A DNA stretch of 63,779 nucleotides, filler included, from Octopus bimaculoides (taxonomy: Eukaryota), in NCBI RefSeq assembly GCF_001194135.2. It is 5 parts of 4 records of this genome, joined end to end, with 100 filler letters (N's around TTAATTAATTAA, not from the genome) between each part and the next. Parts side by side here need not be neighbours in the genome. Positions count along the whole stretch, not along the records: positions 27,275 to 52,360 come from NC_069003.1; 4 more parts are not named here. One strand, given 5' to 3'. Positions 37,093 through 50,605 of this stretch are shown in pieces; within the stretch, counting starts at the first letter, position 1; each line of letters begins with the position of its first letter. The notes below the pieces were generated by a model, which was given only the letters and a program-made list of their open reading frames with translations, had not been told where the DNA came from and did not search any database. The translations under genes were made by a program, and so were the position numbers.

Positions 37093-37321
37093 TGTTCTTT
37101 TAATTCTTTCAGTCACTTGACTGCGGCCATGCTGGAGCACTGCTTTTAGTCGAACAAAGAATAAGTCCAGGGGCCGAGGTCGACTTTGCCGTTCATCCTT
37201 CCGGGATCGATAAATTAAGTACCAGTTATGCACTGGGGTCCATGTAATCGACTTAACCCCTTTGTCTGTCCTTGTTTGTCCCCTCTATGTTTAGCCCCTT
37301 GTGGGCAATAAAGAAATAAGA
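37093..37321. mobile_element. Chimeric SINE: family B tail (-) fused to family A core with tail E (+)
   Basis: The junction reads GTCGAACAAA|GAATAAGTCCAGGG|CCGAGGTCGACTTTG. Confidence 0.85.
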
Positions 37322-37379
37322 AATGGTAAATGGTTTACGGCACAAAAGAATTTACTTTAAAACTTGCCAAAATAATATT

Positions 37380-37686
37380 CGGAATGCCTTATCTCTACAA
37401 AGAATAGAAGCAGATGTGTTACGTAAGATTAATTTTGAGGATCTGATCAAAGACTTTGCAATTCAAGAAAGAAGGAGAAAACTTTTCAGATATAAATAAA
37501 GTGGAAATATAAATAAACATTATTTTCCATCTTTTTGTTAGTTTTGTTTCATTTTGAAAAATAAAAATTCATATTATGGTTTATTATTGTTTATATTTTG
37601 AATTACATATATATATATATATGGGGGGGGGGGCACCAAAATCTTTTAAGTGGGCAGGGCCTCTATTTGGTCTTAACTCGGCCCCA
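37380..37686 (+). mobile_element. hAT (Tip100/ZMYM1-like) transposase C-terminus and probable right end
   Basis: 37383-37499 reads NALSLQRIEADVLRKINFEDLIKDFAIQERRRKLFRYK*, like the hATC tail pattern L..L..L.IE.D....I.F...I..FA..K.R. A GGGCC..CGGCCC terminus-like sequence lies near 37655-37685. Confidence 0.6.
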
Positions 37687-39064
37687 GATTCAACATCATT
37701 TCCCTCAACTCAGTTTCATTGACAATGCTTTGGTCGATCCACAATGGTTTTATTGACCTGAAACCATTGTAGGGAACACTTGCGTACGATGTCATTCAGT
37801 AGAATCGGACCTGAAAGCGCAGAATTTCGAAACCAATATCAAAAGCTCTCAGGTAAATTTATAGGTGAGCCATTGAAGATTCACACCCCATGAGAATTGC
37901 ATGTATGATAGCGTTTAATAATCTCGGGATCATGTGTTCAATCCCAAGATTGAACACACGGGTGACTATCTGACCGATTACACGAATAATTCACATCTGG
38001 GATATTCCGAGTATCTGCGGATAGTAGCAGTAGCAGTAATATAGTACTCGTAGTAGTTGTGGTGTTGGTATTGGTGGTGGTGATAGCAGCGGCAGCAGCA
38101 ACAGTACCAGCAACAGTAACAGCAACAGTAACAGCAACAGTAGTAGTAGTAGTGGTTGCACAGTAGTGGTTGCACAGCAGTGGTAGTAGTGGTGGTGGTG
38201 CTGGTGGTAGTAGTAGTAGTAAGAGTATCCTCTCCACGATGACGATGACGATGACGATTGCTGCCACCACTACCATCAATACTATCATCGCTAGCACCAG
38301 AAGCACCACTCCACCACCACCACCACCACCGGCACCCCCAGCACCAGCGCCACGACCACGACCACCACCACCAATCCTCATCTAATATATTATTGGCATT
38401 ATGTCAACACGTTCAGTTTTGGCAAGCGGCCAACCATTGTTTATTCGGCAATTTTACATTTTCCTTAATGTTTTTGGTTTTGATTTTCTCCTTCGTTCCC
38501 ACAACACAAACAAATTGGGGCAGCCTGTAGGACCGAGCACAAACACGCACACACACACACGCACACACATACACACACACACACGCACACAGACACATAC
38601 ATACACGCACACATACACACATACATACACGCATACATACACGCATACGCACACACACACATACATACACGCATACACACGCGTACACACATACACGCGT
38701 ACATACATACACGCGTACATACACGCACATACATGCATGCACAGATACACACTTGCATGTGCGTACATCCCACGCGTTCATGCATGTATTTACACATACC
38801 TACATACACACTTCCACGCATACATACATACGTACATTCATGCATACATACACACATGTTCATTCACACGCAGACATACACAAGAAACAGACATACATAT
38901 ATGCATCTATACAGACACGCATACACACAACTATGCTTACACACACGGGTCCCCTACCACCGAACCGTGGTCCGTTTCGTATCCGGCCATGCAGAAATAA
39001 TAACTGTTAAGACTTGGTTCTGTTTTATTGACTGCCGCAGTCTGCGGGGTGGTTCCGCATTATA

Positions 39065-39421
39065 TTCTTTTACTTGTTTCGGTCATTTTACTGAGGCCAT
39101 GATGGAGCACCGCCTTTAGTCTAAACAAATCCACCTCCAGGACTTATTCTTTTGTAAGCTTTAGTACTTATTCTATCGGTTTCTTTTGCCGAACGGCTAA
39201 GTTACGGGGACGTAAACACACCAACATCGGTCATCAAGCGAGGGTGTAGAAGCGGGGGGAACAAACAGGCACACAAATACATACATACATACATGTATGC
39301 ATACACACACACACACACACACACATACACACACACACACATATATGACGGGTTTCTTTCAGTTTCGTCTACCATATCCACTTACAAGACTTTGGTCGGC
39401 TCGAGGCTAAAGAAGAACACA
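39065..39421 (-). mobile_element. SINE family B, truncated by a gap
   Basis: Tail, internal (CA)n and CORE-like part are present. Confidence 0.88.
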
Positions 39422-40355
39422 NNNNNNNNNNNNNNNNNNNNNNNNNNNNNNNNNNNNNNNNNNNNNNNNNNNNNNNNNNNNNNNNNNNNNNNNNNNNNNN
39501 NNNNNNNNNNNNNNNNNNNNNNNNNNNNNNNNNNNNNNNNNNNNNNNNNNNNNNNNNNNNNNNNNNNNNNNNNNNNNNNNNNNNNNNNNNNNNNNNNNNN
39601 NNNNNNNNNNNNNNNNNNNNNNNNNNNNNNNNNNNNNNNNNNNNNNNNNNNNNNNNNNNNNNNNNNNNNNNNNNNNNNNNNNNNNNNNNNNNNNNNNNNN
39701 NNNNNNNNNNNNNNNNNNNNNNNNNNNNNNNNNNNNNNNNNNNNNNNNNNNNNNNNNNNNNNNNNNNNNNNNNNNNNNNNNNNNNNNNNNNNNNNNNNNN
39801 NNNNNNNNNNNNNNNNNNNNNNNNNNNNNNNNNNNNNNNNNNNNNNNNNNNNNNNNNNNNNNNNNNNNNNNNNNNNNNNNNNNNNNNNNNNNNNNNNNNN
39901 NNNNNNNNNNNNNNNNNNNNNNNNNNNNNNNNNNNNNNNNNNNNNNNNNNNNNNNNNNNNNNGGTAACCATGGGAGATATGAAAAAAATACAAAGTTCAG
40001 CATTACCACCGGATCATTCTACACATCTGTGTAATTTTACGCGCAATTCCACCCAGCCGTTTGACTGTGAATCCCAAGACAAGAAAGAATCGCCCAAGTC
40101 AAATTTATATGTATGGATACATATATATATCTATGGTGGTTGGTGGTTGTCTACTCCTTATGCAGAGTTTGACCACCTCCTGTACCTACACCTTAGTACC
40201 ATCATGGCATCTGATGTGGCTTTTTAAACCAGATATTTAAGGCGTTTGTTGTTTGATAAGGCTGAAGTATTTTTCTGTATTATAGCGGCTACATGATTTT
40301 GAGTAGAGAATATATTTGTTGTTGACGGCAGTATAGACAAAATGATATACTTCAT

Positions 40356-40552
40356 AATTTTGGCACAAGGCCATTAATTTTGTGAGGGCAAGTCAATTAC
40401 ATCGACCTTAGTACTTGACAATTACTTTATTTTATCGATCCTCAAAGAGCGAAAGGCAAAACTGATCTCAACGGAATTTGGATTCAGAACTTAGCGAGTC
40501 GGAAGCAATACCGTTGGGTATTTTGTCTGACGCTCTAAGAATTCTGCTAGCT
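40356..40552 (-). mobile_element. SINE family A, diverged
   Basis: Tail AATTTTGGCACAAGGCC plus a degenerate core and head. Confidence 0.75.
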
Positions 40553-41003
40553 GAAAACGGCTTTGTAAACAAAGTAACATTTGAATTATTAACATTATTG
40601 TCTTTCAAATGACATTAGGGAAAATAGAATGTCAGTTCCAGTTGAATCGTAATGTTCAAAATTATACTTCAGAATGTGTGAAGGCAGCTTAAAAAACTTA
40701 TACTTAAAATGTGAAGTAGGTCCATCTTTCGGCATATAAACAAAAGAAGCAGCAAAAGTGGACCTATGTTTTAAGTACACATACTAATGTATAATGTTGC
40801 TGACAAGGCTTTTAAAAATGGCGTATGGATAGTTGGAGTTTGTATTGACATATTTCAGTTTTTCACTTGATGGTTTGTATGGTTTGTATTTACATGTGCT
40901 GTTACCTGAGGTAAAGAATAGGAAGTCAGTTGTTGTTACATCAGTATTGATAACGATATTAAATCATGTCCAAATTTATTAAACGAGCTGAAGAATATTT
41001 TAA

Positions 41004-41233
41004 TTCTTATTTCTTTATTGCCCACAAGGGGCTAAACATAGAGTGGGCAAACAAGGACAGAGAAAGCGACTAAGTTGATTACGTCGACCCCAGTGCGTAA
41101 CTGGTACTTAATTTATTGACCCCGAAAGGACGAAAGGCAAAGTCGACCTCGGCGGAATTTGAACTCAGAACATAACGGCAGACGAAATACTGTTAAGCTT
41201 TTCGCCCGGCGTGCCAACGTTTCTGCCAGCTCA
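41004..41233 (-). mobile_element. SINE family A with tail E, near full length and little diverged
   Basis: Complete head, core and tail. Confidence 0.9.
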
Positions 41234-41469
41234 GCTTCTTTCAGTTTTTCTTATTCAGTCTATTTATATTGTTAGAAAAAAAGCTAGTCCGTCATCTCTG
41301 TACAAACCTACAGTTCAAGTAATTACTGCTATAAAGCATCGACTGTACATGAGTAAATGATACTAACGATTTACTTGGATGTCACAGTGAGTTACTTTCT
41401 TTGAATTGCTTACTGAAACCTGCAAGCTGGTTTGCTTATCTACCACAAAATATACATGGGTATATTCGT

Positions 41470-41705
41470 ACATTGGTGTCACCCCATGTTTTATATTACA
41501 TCACACTTAAACACAATACTTTAATAAGTTCATACACTGTAACACTAACAATAGCTCACTCTACCACACTCTTACTATCATACACGCTATACCACAGCAT
41601 TACACTACCATACTTCCACACTAGCCATCTAATTCCATTACATTACCCCACCGCACTACCGCATCTACCACATAATACGACCGCGCTACATAAAACAACA
41701 TATTA
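41470..41705. repeat. Degenerate CACTA/CACAC-like pentanucleotide low-complexity tract
   Basis: Recurrent ACACT, ACCAC and CACTAC motifs. Confidence 0.55.
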
Positions 41706-43239
41706 TAATTGAGATGATGTCTATGATAATGATAATGTTTATGGCAATGATTATATTTACGATAAACATTCTGTAATCAAGATTATAAGGCAGAATGTAT
41801 GGAATAAGATCAAACACCGAGTAACTAACTCACCCTGGCTTCTTGCACAGATCGATAACCAGTGAAATATTCAGTTAGATTTCACAAGGACAAATATTAA
41901 ACATTTAATATTACAAACAGAACCTAATATTCATAAAAAAAGGTGGAGGTGGTGGCGAATGTATCACAGCAGGGGAATTTTATATGATTCTTTCTGAAAC
42001 TGTAATATTTAATGGATTAACTCTGACACAGTAAATCGCGGAGAGGGGGAAACAATCTGGAATCCCAGAGCTGTAGATTGGCCAGAGTTGTCAATAAAAT
42101 TTATTACGTCATTTTAAACTTAGATCAAAGACATTAGTGACGATGTTTGTTGGAATGGATGACATAAAGGTTTTTGATCAGAAACTCGCTCAACCAAACG
42201 TTATTTAGTAACATTAAATAATGTTATTTATTAACGTTAACTTGTAACATTACGTCAGCAGTTTCCAATATGTTTTATTCTTTTTCACAACTCTGACCTA
42301 ATTTGACAAATCGATATTCCTCTATGACTTTTTTTCTTTCTTTTAGTGAATGTTTAAACGAAGAATAATTTCCCCCCAAACAAAGCGATTTATTACGTTT
42401 TAGACATTTCTCTGCGAAATTTTTTTTCAAAAACTGTTTGTTGTAAATGTTGCGTTGTGGCTTTTATTATGCCGCGTTGTTACTTGCGTTGTAATTCTTA
42501 AATGCTGTCCTGTGGCTAATATCTTACGCTTATGACTTGCTGCATAACAGCATATTCGGGAATATTCTCTGAGTTATTCCAAAAATTGGAGATTTTGTCT
42601 TCGTGACTCTTTTCTGTATTTACTGTTCAGAATTTACTGACGCCGCCTTTGCTTTCATCTTTTCGGAGGTCAACAAAATGAATACCAGTCATTCACTGGT
42701 ACTTATTTCACCTTTCCCTCCCATCAAAAGCTGCTGGCCAAAATTTGAAACCATTATCATTATTAAGCGAGAGAGCAGTGCATGCCATCAAAGTTTCATT
42801 GGGGGTACAAATATATGAAGCCCAATACACCCTTTATGACAACCTGTCTGATAAGGGTACACCAAGCACATGCATCGCAACCATATATGCGTGACATGGT
42901 AATCTCATATCAAGATAAACAGCGCATGACCTTGCAGGTTGGGCCCAGTAGAATTTTCTTCATGTTCATGTGACCAATCCAGCTCAAAAGGTCCCTGAAC
43001 AAGAGTTCTTTAAGGATGTTGAAAGAAACACCTGTTTCCCGAGGGGAATTATTCAAATCCCCCATCTACTACTGCTCGTGATTAGAGATGCATATATTGT
43101 CAGCCACCAAACTGATTATAGTCAAACAAATTACGAGCGAATTTGTGATATTGAGCAGAATATTTGCTGTAGCACATCTTTTTTAGCAAGACAAAACCTG
43201 TACATAATGACACTTTCGATCAGTTAATATCAGAAGCCT

Positions 43240-43632
43240 GGCAGAACCATTAGTACGCCGGACTACATGCTTAGCGGCATTTCGACGTTCGGGGTTCAAA
43301 TCCCGCCGAGGTCGACCTCGCCTTTCATCCTTTCGGAATCGATGTATTCGACTAGTCACTTCTCCACAAATTTCAGGCCTTATGCCTTTAATAGAAAGGA
43401 TTATTATTATTATTTTTAAGGTGGCGTGCTGGCAGAATTGATAGTACGCCGGGTAAAATGCTTAGCGGCATTTCGTCTGTCTTTACGTTATGAGTTCAAA
43501 TCCCGCCGAGGTCGACTTTGCCTTTTATCCTTTCGGGGTCATTAAAATAAGAACCAGTTGAACACTGAAGTCGATGTAATTGACTAAAACCCACCGCACG
43601 AAATTTCTCTCCCTATGCCAAAATTTGAAGCC
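43240..43632 (+). mobile_element. Two tandem SINE family A copies (43240-43400 with tail F TTTCAGGCCTTATGCC..AGAAAGGA; 43418-43632 with the standard tail)
   Basis: Two heads and two cores, separated by a TTA tail. Confidence 0.88.
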
Positions 43633-44468
43633 ATTATTATTATTACTATTATTATCATTATTATTATTGCCCTTGTTATTTATAATTGATGTTGCTATTT
43701 TTGTTGTTGTCACTCCCGTTTGTTACTGCTACCGTTGTCATCATTATAGAATTTAATTAAACAAACAAAAGCAACAACAACAACAACAACAACATCAAGC
43801 AACCGAAAAAAAAAAATGTACGATAGCGCCATTAAAAATTTTTTTATCAAAAGTTTTTTTTTCTGTAATTATTAAAACTACATTATCATCTCTAATCAAA
43901 AGTGTCCTATTAATTAAGCTACACCAGATGCGATGAGAATAAGGTAGAAATAATCTTGTTGCAGGATGGTGGCGGGCGGAAGGGAAAGTTCTGAGGAATA
44001 GGTTTGACCTGAGTTTCTCGAAAGTCACCTGGTCATAAAAACAAAACAAAACTGAACAAAAAGCAACAAAAAAAAAAAACAAAAAACAAGACAAAGTACC
44101 TGTTATTAATATTTCGGTTTACGTCTATGACTACTAATTTATAACTTCTAACTCTAGTTATTCCTCGGTACAAACCAACAATTAAAAATTTCTCATCTTT
44201 AATTACTGCTCTCGTATTACTTAATTAACCCATTATTTATTATTTATTGTTGTTATTACTTTTTTCTTGTTTTTGTTTGTTTGTTTGTTCCATTTTTTTT
44301 GTTGCTATCATTCTTGTTTGTATATTGTGGTGTTTGTTTTAAGTTTGCTTGTGCGTATATACACATGTGGTGTGGTGCATGCGTGTGTATGTGTACATAC
44401 ATGCATACAAACATACATATATACATACGTAATTACACACACACGCACACATATAAATACATACACAT

Positions 44469-44501
<33 letters not shown>

Positions 44502-44531
44502 TACATACATACGTACATATATAAATATATA

Positions 44532-44583
<52 letters not shown>

Positions 44584-45314
44584 NNNNNNNNNNNNNNNNN
44601 NNNNNNNNNNNNNNNNNNNNNNNNNNNNNNNNNNNNNNNNNNNNNNNNNNNNNNNNNNNNNNNNNNNNNNNNNNNNNNNNNNNNNNNNNNNNNNNNNNNN
44701 NNNNNNNNNNNNNNNNNNNNNNNNNNNNNNNNNNNNNNNNNNNNNNNNNNNNNNNNNNNNNNNNNNNNNNNNNNNNNNNNNNNNNNNNNNNNNNNNNNNN
44801 NNNNNNNNNNNNNNNNNNNNNNNNNNNNNNNNNNNNNNNNNNNNNNNNNNNNNNNNNNNNNNNNNNNNNNNNNNNNNNNNNNNNNNNNNNNNNNNNNNNN
44901 NNNNNNNNNNNNNNNNNNNNNNNNNNNNNNNNNNNNNNNNNNNNNNNNNNNNNNNNNNNNNNNNNNNNNNNNNNNNNNNNNNNNNNNNNNNNNNNNNNNN
45001 NNNNNNNNNNNNNNNNNNNNNNNNNNNNNNNNNNNNNNNNNNNNNNNNNNNNNNNNNNNNNNNNNNNNNNNNNNNNNNNNNNNNNNNNNNNNNNNNNNNN
45101 NNNNNNNNNNNNNNNNNNNNNNNNNNNNNNNNNNNNNNNNNNNNNNNNNNNNNNNNNNNNNNNNNNNNNNNNNNNNNNNNNNNNNNNNNNNNNNNNNNNN
45201 NNNNNNNNNNNNNNNNNNNNNNNNNNNNNNNNNNNNNNNNNNNNNNNNNNNNNNNNNNNNNNNNNNNNNNNNNNNNNNNNNNNNNNNNNNNNNNNNNNNN
45301 NNNNNNGTATTCCG

Positions 45315-45606
45315 TTGATTAATTTGTTTATTTTATAACTAAAATGACAAAAACCACAATATACAGATGCTTATGACATACCATGTCATATTAACAATTA
45401 AGGTTACAAATATAAAGTACATTTACCAATTGGAGAATATACAGAAACTTACAGTTGTTAAACAGCTGTAAGTTTCTGTACATTCTCCAATTACTAAATG
45501 TCCTTTATATTTGTAACCTTAATTGTTAATATGGCATGGTATGTCATAAAGCATCTGTATATTGTGGTTTTTGTCATTTTAGTTATAAAATAAACAAATT
45601 AATCAA
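45315..45606. repeat. Long near-perfect palindrome (arms 145/146 bp, 1-nt centre at 45460)
   Basis: Manual arm alignment gives about 6 mismatches and 1 indel. The right arm runs into an N gap. Confidence 0.95.
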
Positions 45607-46660
45607 NNNNNNNNNNNNNNNNNNNNNNNNNNNNNNNNNNNNNNNNNNNNNNNNNNNNNNNNNNNNNNNNNNNNNNNNNNNNNNNNNNNNNNNNNNNNNN
45701 NNNNNNNNNNNNNNNNNNNNNNNNNNNNNNNNNNNNNNNNNNNNNNNNNNNNNNNNNNNNNNNNNNNNNNNNNNNNNNNNNNNNNNNNNNNNNNNNNNNN
45801 NNNNNNNNNNNNNNNNNNNNNNNNNNNNNNNNNNNNNNNNNNNNNNNNNNNNNNNNNNNNNNNNNNNNNNNNNNNNNNNNNNNNNNNNNNNNNNNNNNNN
45901 NNNNNNNNNNNNNNNNNNNNNNNNNNNNNNNNNNNNNNNNNNNNNNNNNNNNNNNNNNNNNNNNNNNNNNNNNNNNNNNNNNNNNNNNNNNNNNNNNNNN
46001 NNNNNNNNNNNNNNNNNNNNNNNNNNNNNNNNNNNNNNNNNNNNNNNNNNNNNNNNNNNNNNNNNNNNNNNNNNNNNNNNNNNNNNNNNNNNNNNNNNNN
46101 NNNNNNNNNNNNNNNNNNNNNNNNNNNNNNNNNNNNNNNNNNNNNNNNNNNACACACACAAAAGTTTATGCGTTCAAACGAAAGAAAAATGTACTTCGTA
46201 AATGATATGTAGTATATATTTATTAGGAAACAATTAGTAATTTATTCCATTGTTACTGGGAGTTTTCACCATTCTCCCGAAATCAGTCAGACAATTGTGA
46301 ATAGAGCCGATGGTTTATACCCGCAGGGCACTTGTAAGATCAGTTTTCATTGGTTAAGGCTGTTCGGATGATAGGATTTGCATCAGATTTTCAGATGGCA
46401 GGTTTCTCTTTGTTTGTGATATTGTAGAATAGAGAAAGGCAATCCACTCTAAGTCTATCGTAGCCGAGGATAATATGGACAATCATTTTGTGAAACTAGT
46501 TATAACTGCCTATAACTGGCTAAAACTGGCTAAAACCGATTTCATAGATTGTAATTTTCAAGCGACTTGGAAATTTTCATGAGAAATCGCCTTCCACTAT
46601 ATCAGTATGCATATACATACATACATACATACATACATACATACATGCATAAATACATGA

Positions 46661-47060
46661 AGGAGCACTCCGTCGGTTACGACGACGAGGGTCCCAGTTG
46701 ATCCAATCAACGGAACAGCTTGCTCTTGAAATTAACGTGCAAGTGGGGGAGCACTCCACAGACACGTGTACCCTTAACGTAGTTCTCAGAGAATTTCGGC
46801 GTGACATAGAGTGTGACAAAGCCGGCCCTTTGAAATACAGGNNNNNNNNNNACGTAGTTCTCAGAGAATTTCGGCGTGACATAGAGTGTGACAAAGCCGG
46901 CCCTTTGAAATACAGGTACTACACATTTTTGCCAGCTGAGTGGACTGGAGCAACGTGAAATAAAGAGTCTTGCTCAAGGACACAACGCGTCGCCGGGAAT
47001 CGAACTCACGACCTTACGATTGTGAGCCGAATGTCCTTAACCACTAAGACACGCGCCTTC
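46661..47060 (-). mobile_element. SINE family C, full length (65-bp duplication across a 10-N gap), followed by a family A tail fragment at 47063-47147
   Basis: The reverse-complement head is GAAGGCGCGTGTCTTAGTGGTTAAGGACATTCGGCTCACAATCGTAAGGTCGTGAGTTCGATTCCCGG, with A and B boxes and a tRNA-like layout. Confidence 0.9.
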
Positions 47061-47844
47061 TACATAAGTACCAGTTCAGTAGTGGCGTCGGTGTACTACT
47101 CGACTAACCCCTCTCCTGAAATTGCTGGGCTTGTTTCAAAATTTAAAACCATTATTTTATAAATAAAGTTGAGTGCTTTACTTTAAGATTCTTACTGGAT
47201 TGCAGTCGTCGGATGGTACATTAAACGAGGTTCATCCACAATCCTAACAGTCTTAACGGGATGACTCGTATTAACACATCGTCTGGTCTTAATGTTTACA
47301 TCAAGTCAGTCATCCAGGTACTATATCACTATTGTAATTTACTATATTAAACTAGTTTGTATAATATTTAGATATTATTTCCGTTTAGCATTTAAATCAT
47401 CTTTCGTATTAGTTAATTAAAATATGAATTTCTTTCGACTGCATATTAGTCAACACTTTAATTTTATTCATGTACATCCATACTACCTTCTGCTGTAGAC
47501 TACTTGACGTAGAAATTCCAAGAAAGCTTTTCAAGTGCCGCTGATAACTAGATAGGGTTGTTGCGTTCATCTTCATTCCGTTCATACAGATGAATCTGTG
47601 ATTTAGATAAAGAAAAAAAAAAACTGTCAACACTACCTCTTCGCTCATACCAATAAATGAATCATATTCTCTGGCATTTAAGCTGCTTGTTTCCCATTTT
47701 ATTTTATACTTCCTAACTAATGGCTTCAGTATAGGGTTTGCCACTTAGAGGACATAGAAACCTTTACACTTCCAGTTATATTTAGCTAATGTTTTGCTGT
47801 TCGAGTTTGCTCATCTATGTTTAATCTTTATTATACTGGTTTCA

Positions 47845-48052
47845 AATTTTGGCACAAGGCCAGCAATTTCGGGTGAGGGGGGAAAATCGATTACATCGAC
47901 CCCAGTGCTCAACTGATGCTAAGTTTATGAACCCCGAAAGAATGAAAGGCAAAGTCGACCCCTAACGGTGTTTGAACTTAGAACATAGAGTCGGAAGACA
48001 TATTGCCAAGCGTTGTATCCGACGCGGTAACGATTCTGCCAAATCACCGCTT
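47845..48052 (-). mobile_element. SINE family A, full length
   Basis: Tail, core and head are present. Confidence 0.88.
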
Positions 48053-48458
48053 TATTATGCTATCTAGTGTATTGGTGATGCATTTACGCAGCTGAATCTA
48101 ATTTTGTCGTTGCTTCTATTAAATAACCAACAGTACGCGTAACATTAATTTCTAAAATATTTCAATTATGTTTGGTTTGAAGTGTGAACTGAAAGTGCGT
48201 CGAAAAAGATTGTGCTAAATTTTCTACTACTGTGCAAACTCTTTCGTTGCTTAGATAACAAAATTATTTCTTTATTATTATTTTTTTTTTTTCACATTGT
48301 GATATTGTAATAATTGGCATGGTCATCAAAAGTTATCTTGGTTAACGATGTATTAAATTATCTTTTAATTACAATACTAAATTTTTACATACTTACGATG
48401 GTATCAACCTGTCTGGCAGAAATCTTAGCAACTGGTCTAAAGTTAGATACGAGGATAA

Positions 48459-48549
48459 AATACACAACTCACCGCCCAATCATGGAATCGAACTCACGAT
48501 CTAGCGATCGTGGGTGCAACAACCTAACCACTAGGCCACGCGCCTTCAC
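48459..48549 (-). mobile_element. tRNA-like SINE head (family C-like)
   Basis: The reverse complement is GAAGGCGCGTGGCCTAGTGGTTAGG..GTGAGTTCGATTCC. Confidence 0.8.
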
Positions 48550-50279
48550 GTATTTACATACAATAAGAAAATTTGGCTTAGAGCGAACATGAAATACGTG
48601 TGTATGATGAAACTGAAAGCTGAGTCATTTCAATATAGATATAGGCGTGATCACATTGACCAAGAAGGGAACCAATATGTGGTCGCTTGAAGTTGCTAGA
48701 AGTAGCTGCTATATTTCTTTCGAATTACACTGTTCCTGCTTTAAAAACAAGGCTGAGCATATTGGCTGATGATGTAGTATAAGATAAAACCATTCTCTTT
48801 AAAGATGGAATGGTAACGACTAGAATGCTTTTGATCATCGGTTTTCGATCATTGGATCAGGGCTAACCTGGAGCTAAACAATAAAAGCAGCAGCAGCTGC
48901 AACAACAACAACGACAACAACAATAGGGTATATATGCTGTTGTCATGTTTGATCACATGATTCAACCTTGCATCATACTTTCTTTTTAAGAAATACAAGA
49001 CAGGAAGACGAAACCACTGCATTTGTGTCTTTTCCTTTATGTATGCATATGTACGGGCTTGCATACTTAGACACACACACACTTGCAAATACACACACAC
49101 ACACATATATATATATACATATATATATATATACATACATATATACATATATATATATACATATATATATATACATATATATATATACAAACATATATAC
49201 ATATATATATATGTATATATATATATATGTATATATATATATGTATATATATATGTATACATATATATATATACATACATATATGCATACGGGTACATAT
49301 ATATTTATGCATANNNNNNNNNNNNNNNNNNNNNNNNNNNNNNNNNNNNNNNNNNNNNNNACATATATATATATACATATATATATATATATGTATGCAT
49401 CAACCTACACCCACATACTCACGGTCCTCTCCGTACACATACACATCATACATACCTCTCACACATTCATATATCTACGCTTACCATCTCGCACACGCAC
49501 AAACACATGCTTACACACATACACACACACACACACGTAGCCACGCAGAGGCTCTAATACCTATCCACCTTTTTCTATTCGCATGCACGAGCGAAACTCT
49601 CCACGCCTAACACTTAACTGTGTAATAACAGCAGAAGGTATTTTTTTTCATTTCAACGAGCCTCTTGTAGCCGCTCCATTTGAGTTGATCACACATGAAC
49701 ACGGGTTGCATAATATAAAAATAATTATTCCACCATCTGTAAGCGTCTTTAAGTCTCACTTGTCCTTTTTTTAATTCTTTACAAACACTGGAACAAAATA
49801 GAAGCGGGAAAAGCTGGAGTAGGCACCGGCTACACAAGCTATTACCGTTCTTCTCAAGAGACAACGTATTATCTATAAGACCATATAAACTGACAATATT
49901 CTGCATTGTCCTGGATTAGCGAGCTTTTATTTATATTAATGGTTCCATGGTGCATGTTATTAATGTTTTATTGTTATTAATACCGTTGTTGTTGTTGTTG
50001 TTATTATTGTTTGTGTCCTCTTTATGTTAATGCTGTTTCCTTTGTGTTGTTCTGTTTTGTATGCTGGTGTGTGTCTTTCTTCACATCATTCCACCCCTAC
50101 TCAGTACCCCGCCTACCTATCATCTATCTACCTACCTACCTACCTACCTTAACAACCTACCTACATATCTACATATGTAGCTACTTAACTAACCGCCTAC
50201 CTGCGTACATAAATCGCGGGTGTCTATACATACGTACACAATCACACATACACACACAAATATACATGTATGTGTGTGC

Positions 50280-50341
<62 letters not shown>

Positions 50342-50419
50342 ATATATATATGTATATATACCGTTAATGTATGAATATGTATAAATGGGTATGTATGCAT
50401 GTTACCACACACAGACAGG

Positions 50420-50451
<32 letters not shown>

Positions 50452-50561
50452 CTATTTATGCATGCATATATATATGTATGTTTGTATGGGTATACATGTG
50501 TGGATATATATATGTGTGTGTGTGTGTGAGAGAGAGAGAGAGTGTGTGTGTATACACACAG

Positions 50562-50605
<44 letters not shown>

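Noticed and set aside
42745-43225. Complex 480-bp segment that I recall as a common octopus interspersed repeat
   Set aside because: There is only one copy in the window, with no termini, TSD or protein motif, so I cannot support a call from the sequence.
46777-46916. Identical 65-bp direct repeat inside a SINE C
   Set aside because: The copies flank a 10-N gap exactly, which points to an unmerged contig overlap.
46985-47060. tRNA gene candidates at SINE heads (Val-like anticodon arm)
   Set aside because: The acceptor and anticodon stems are imperfect and each runs into a SINE body.
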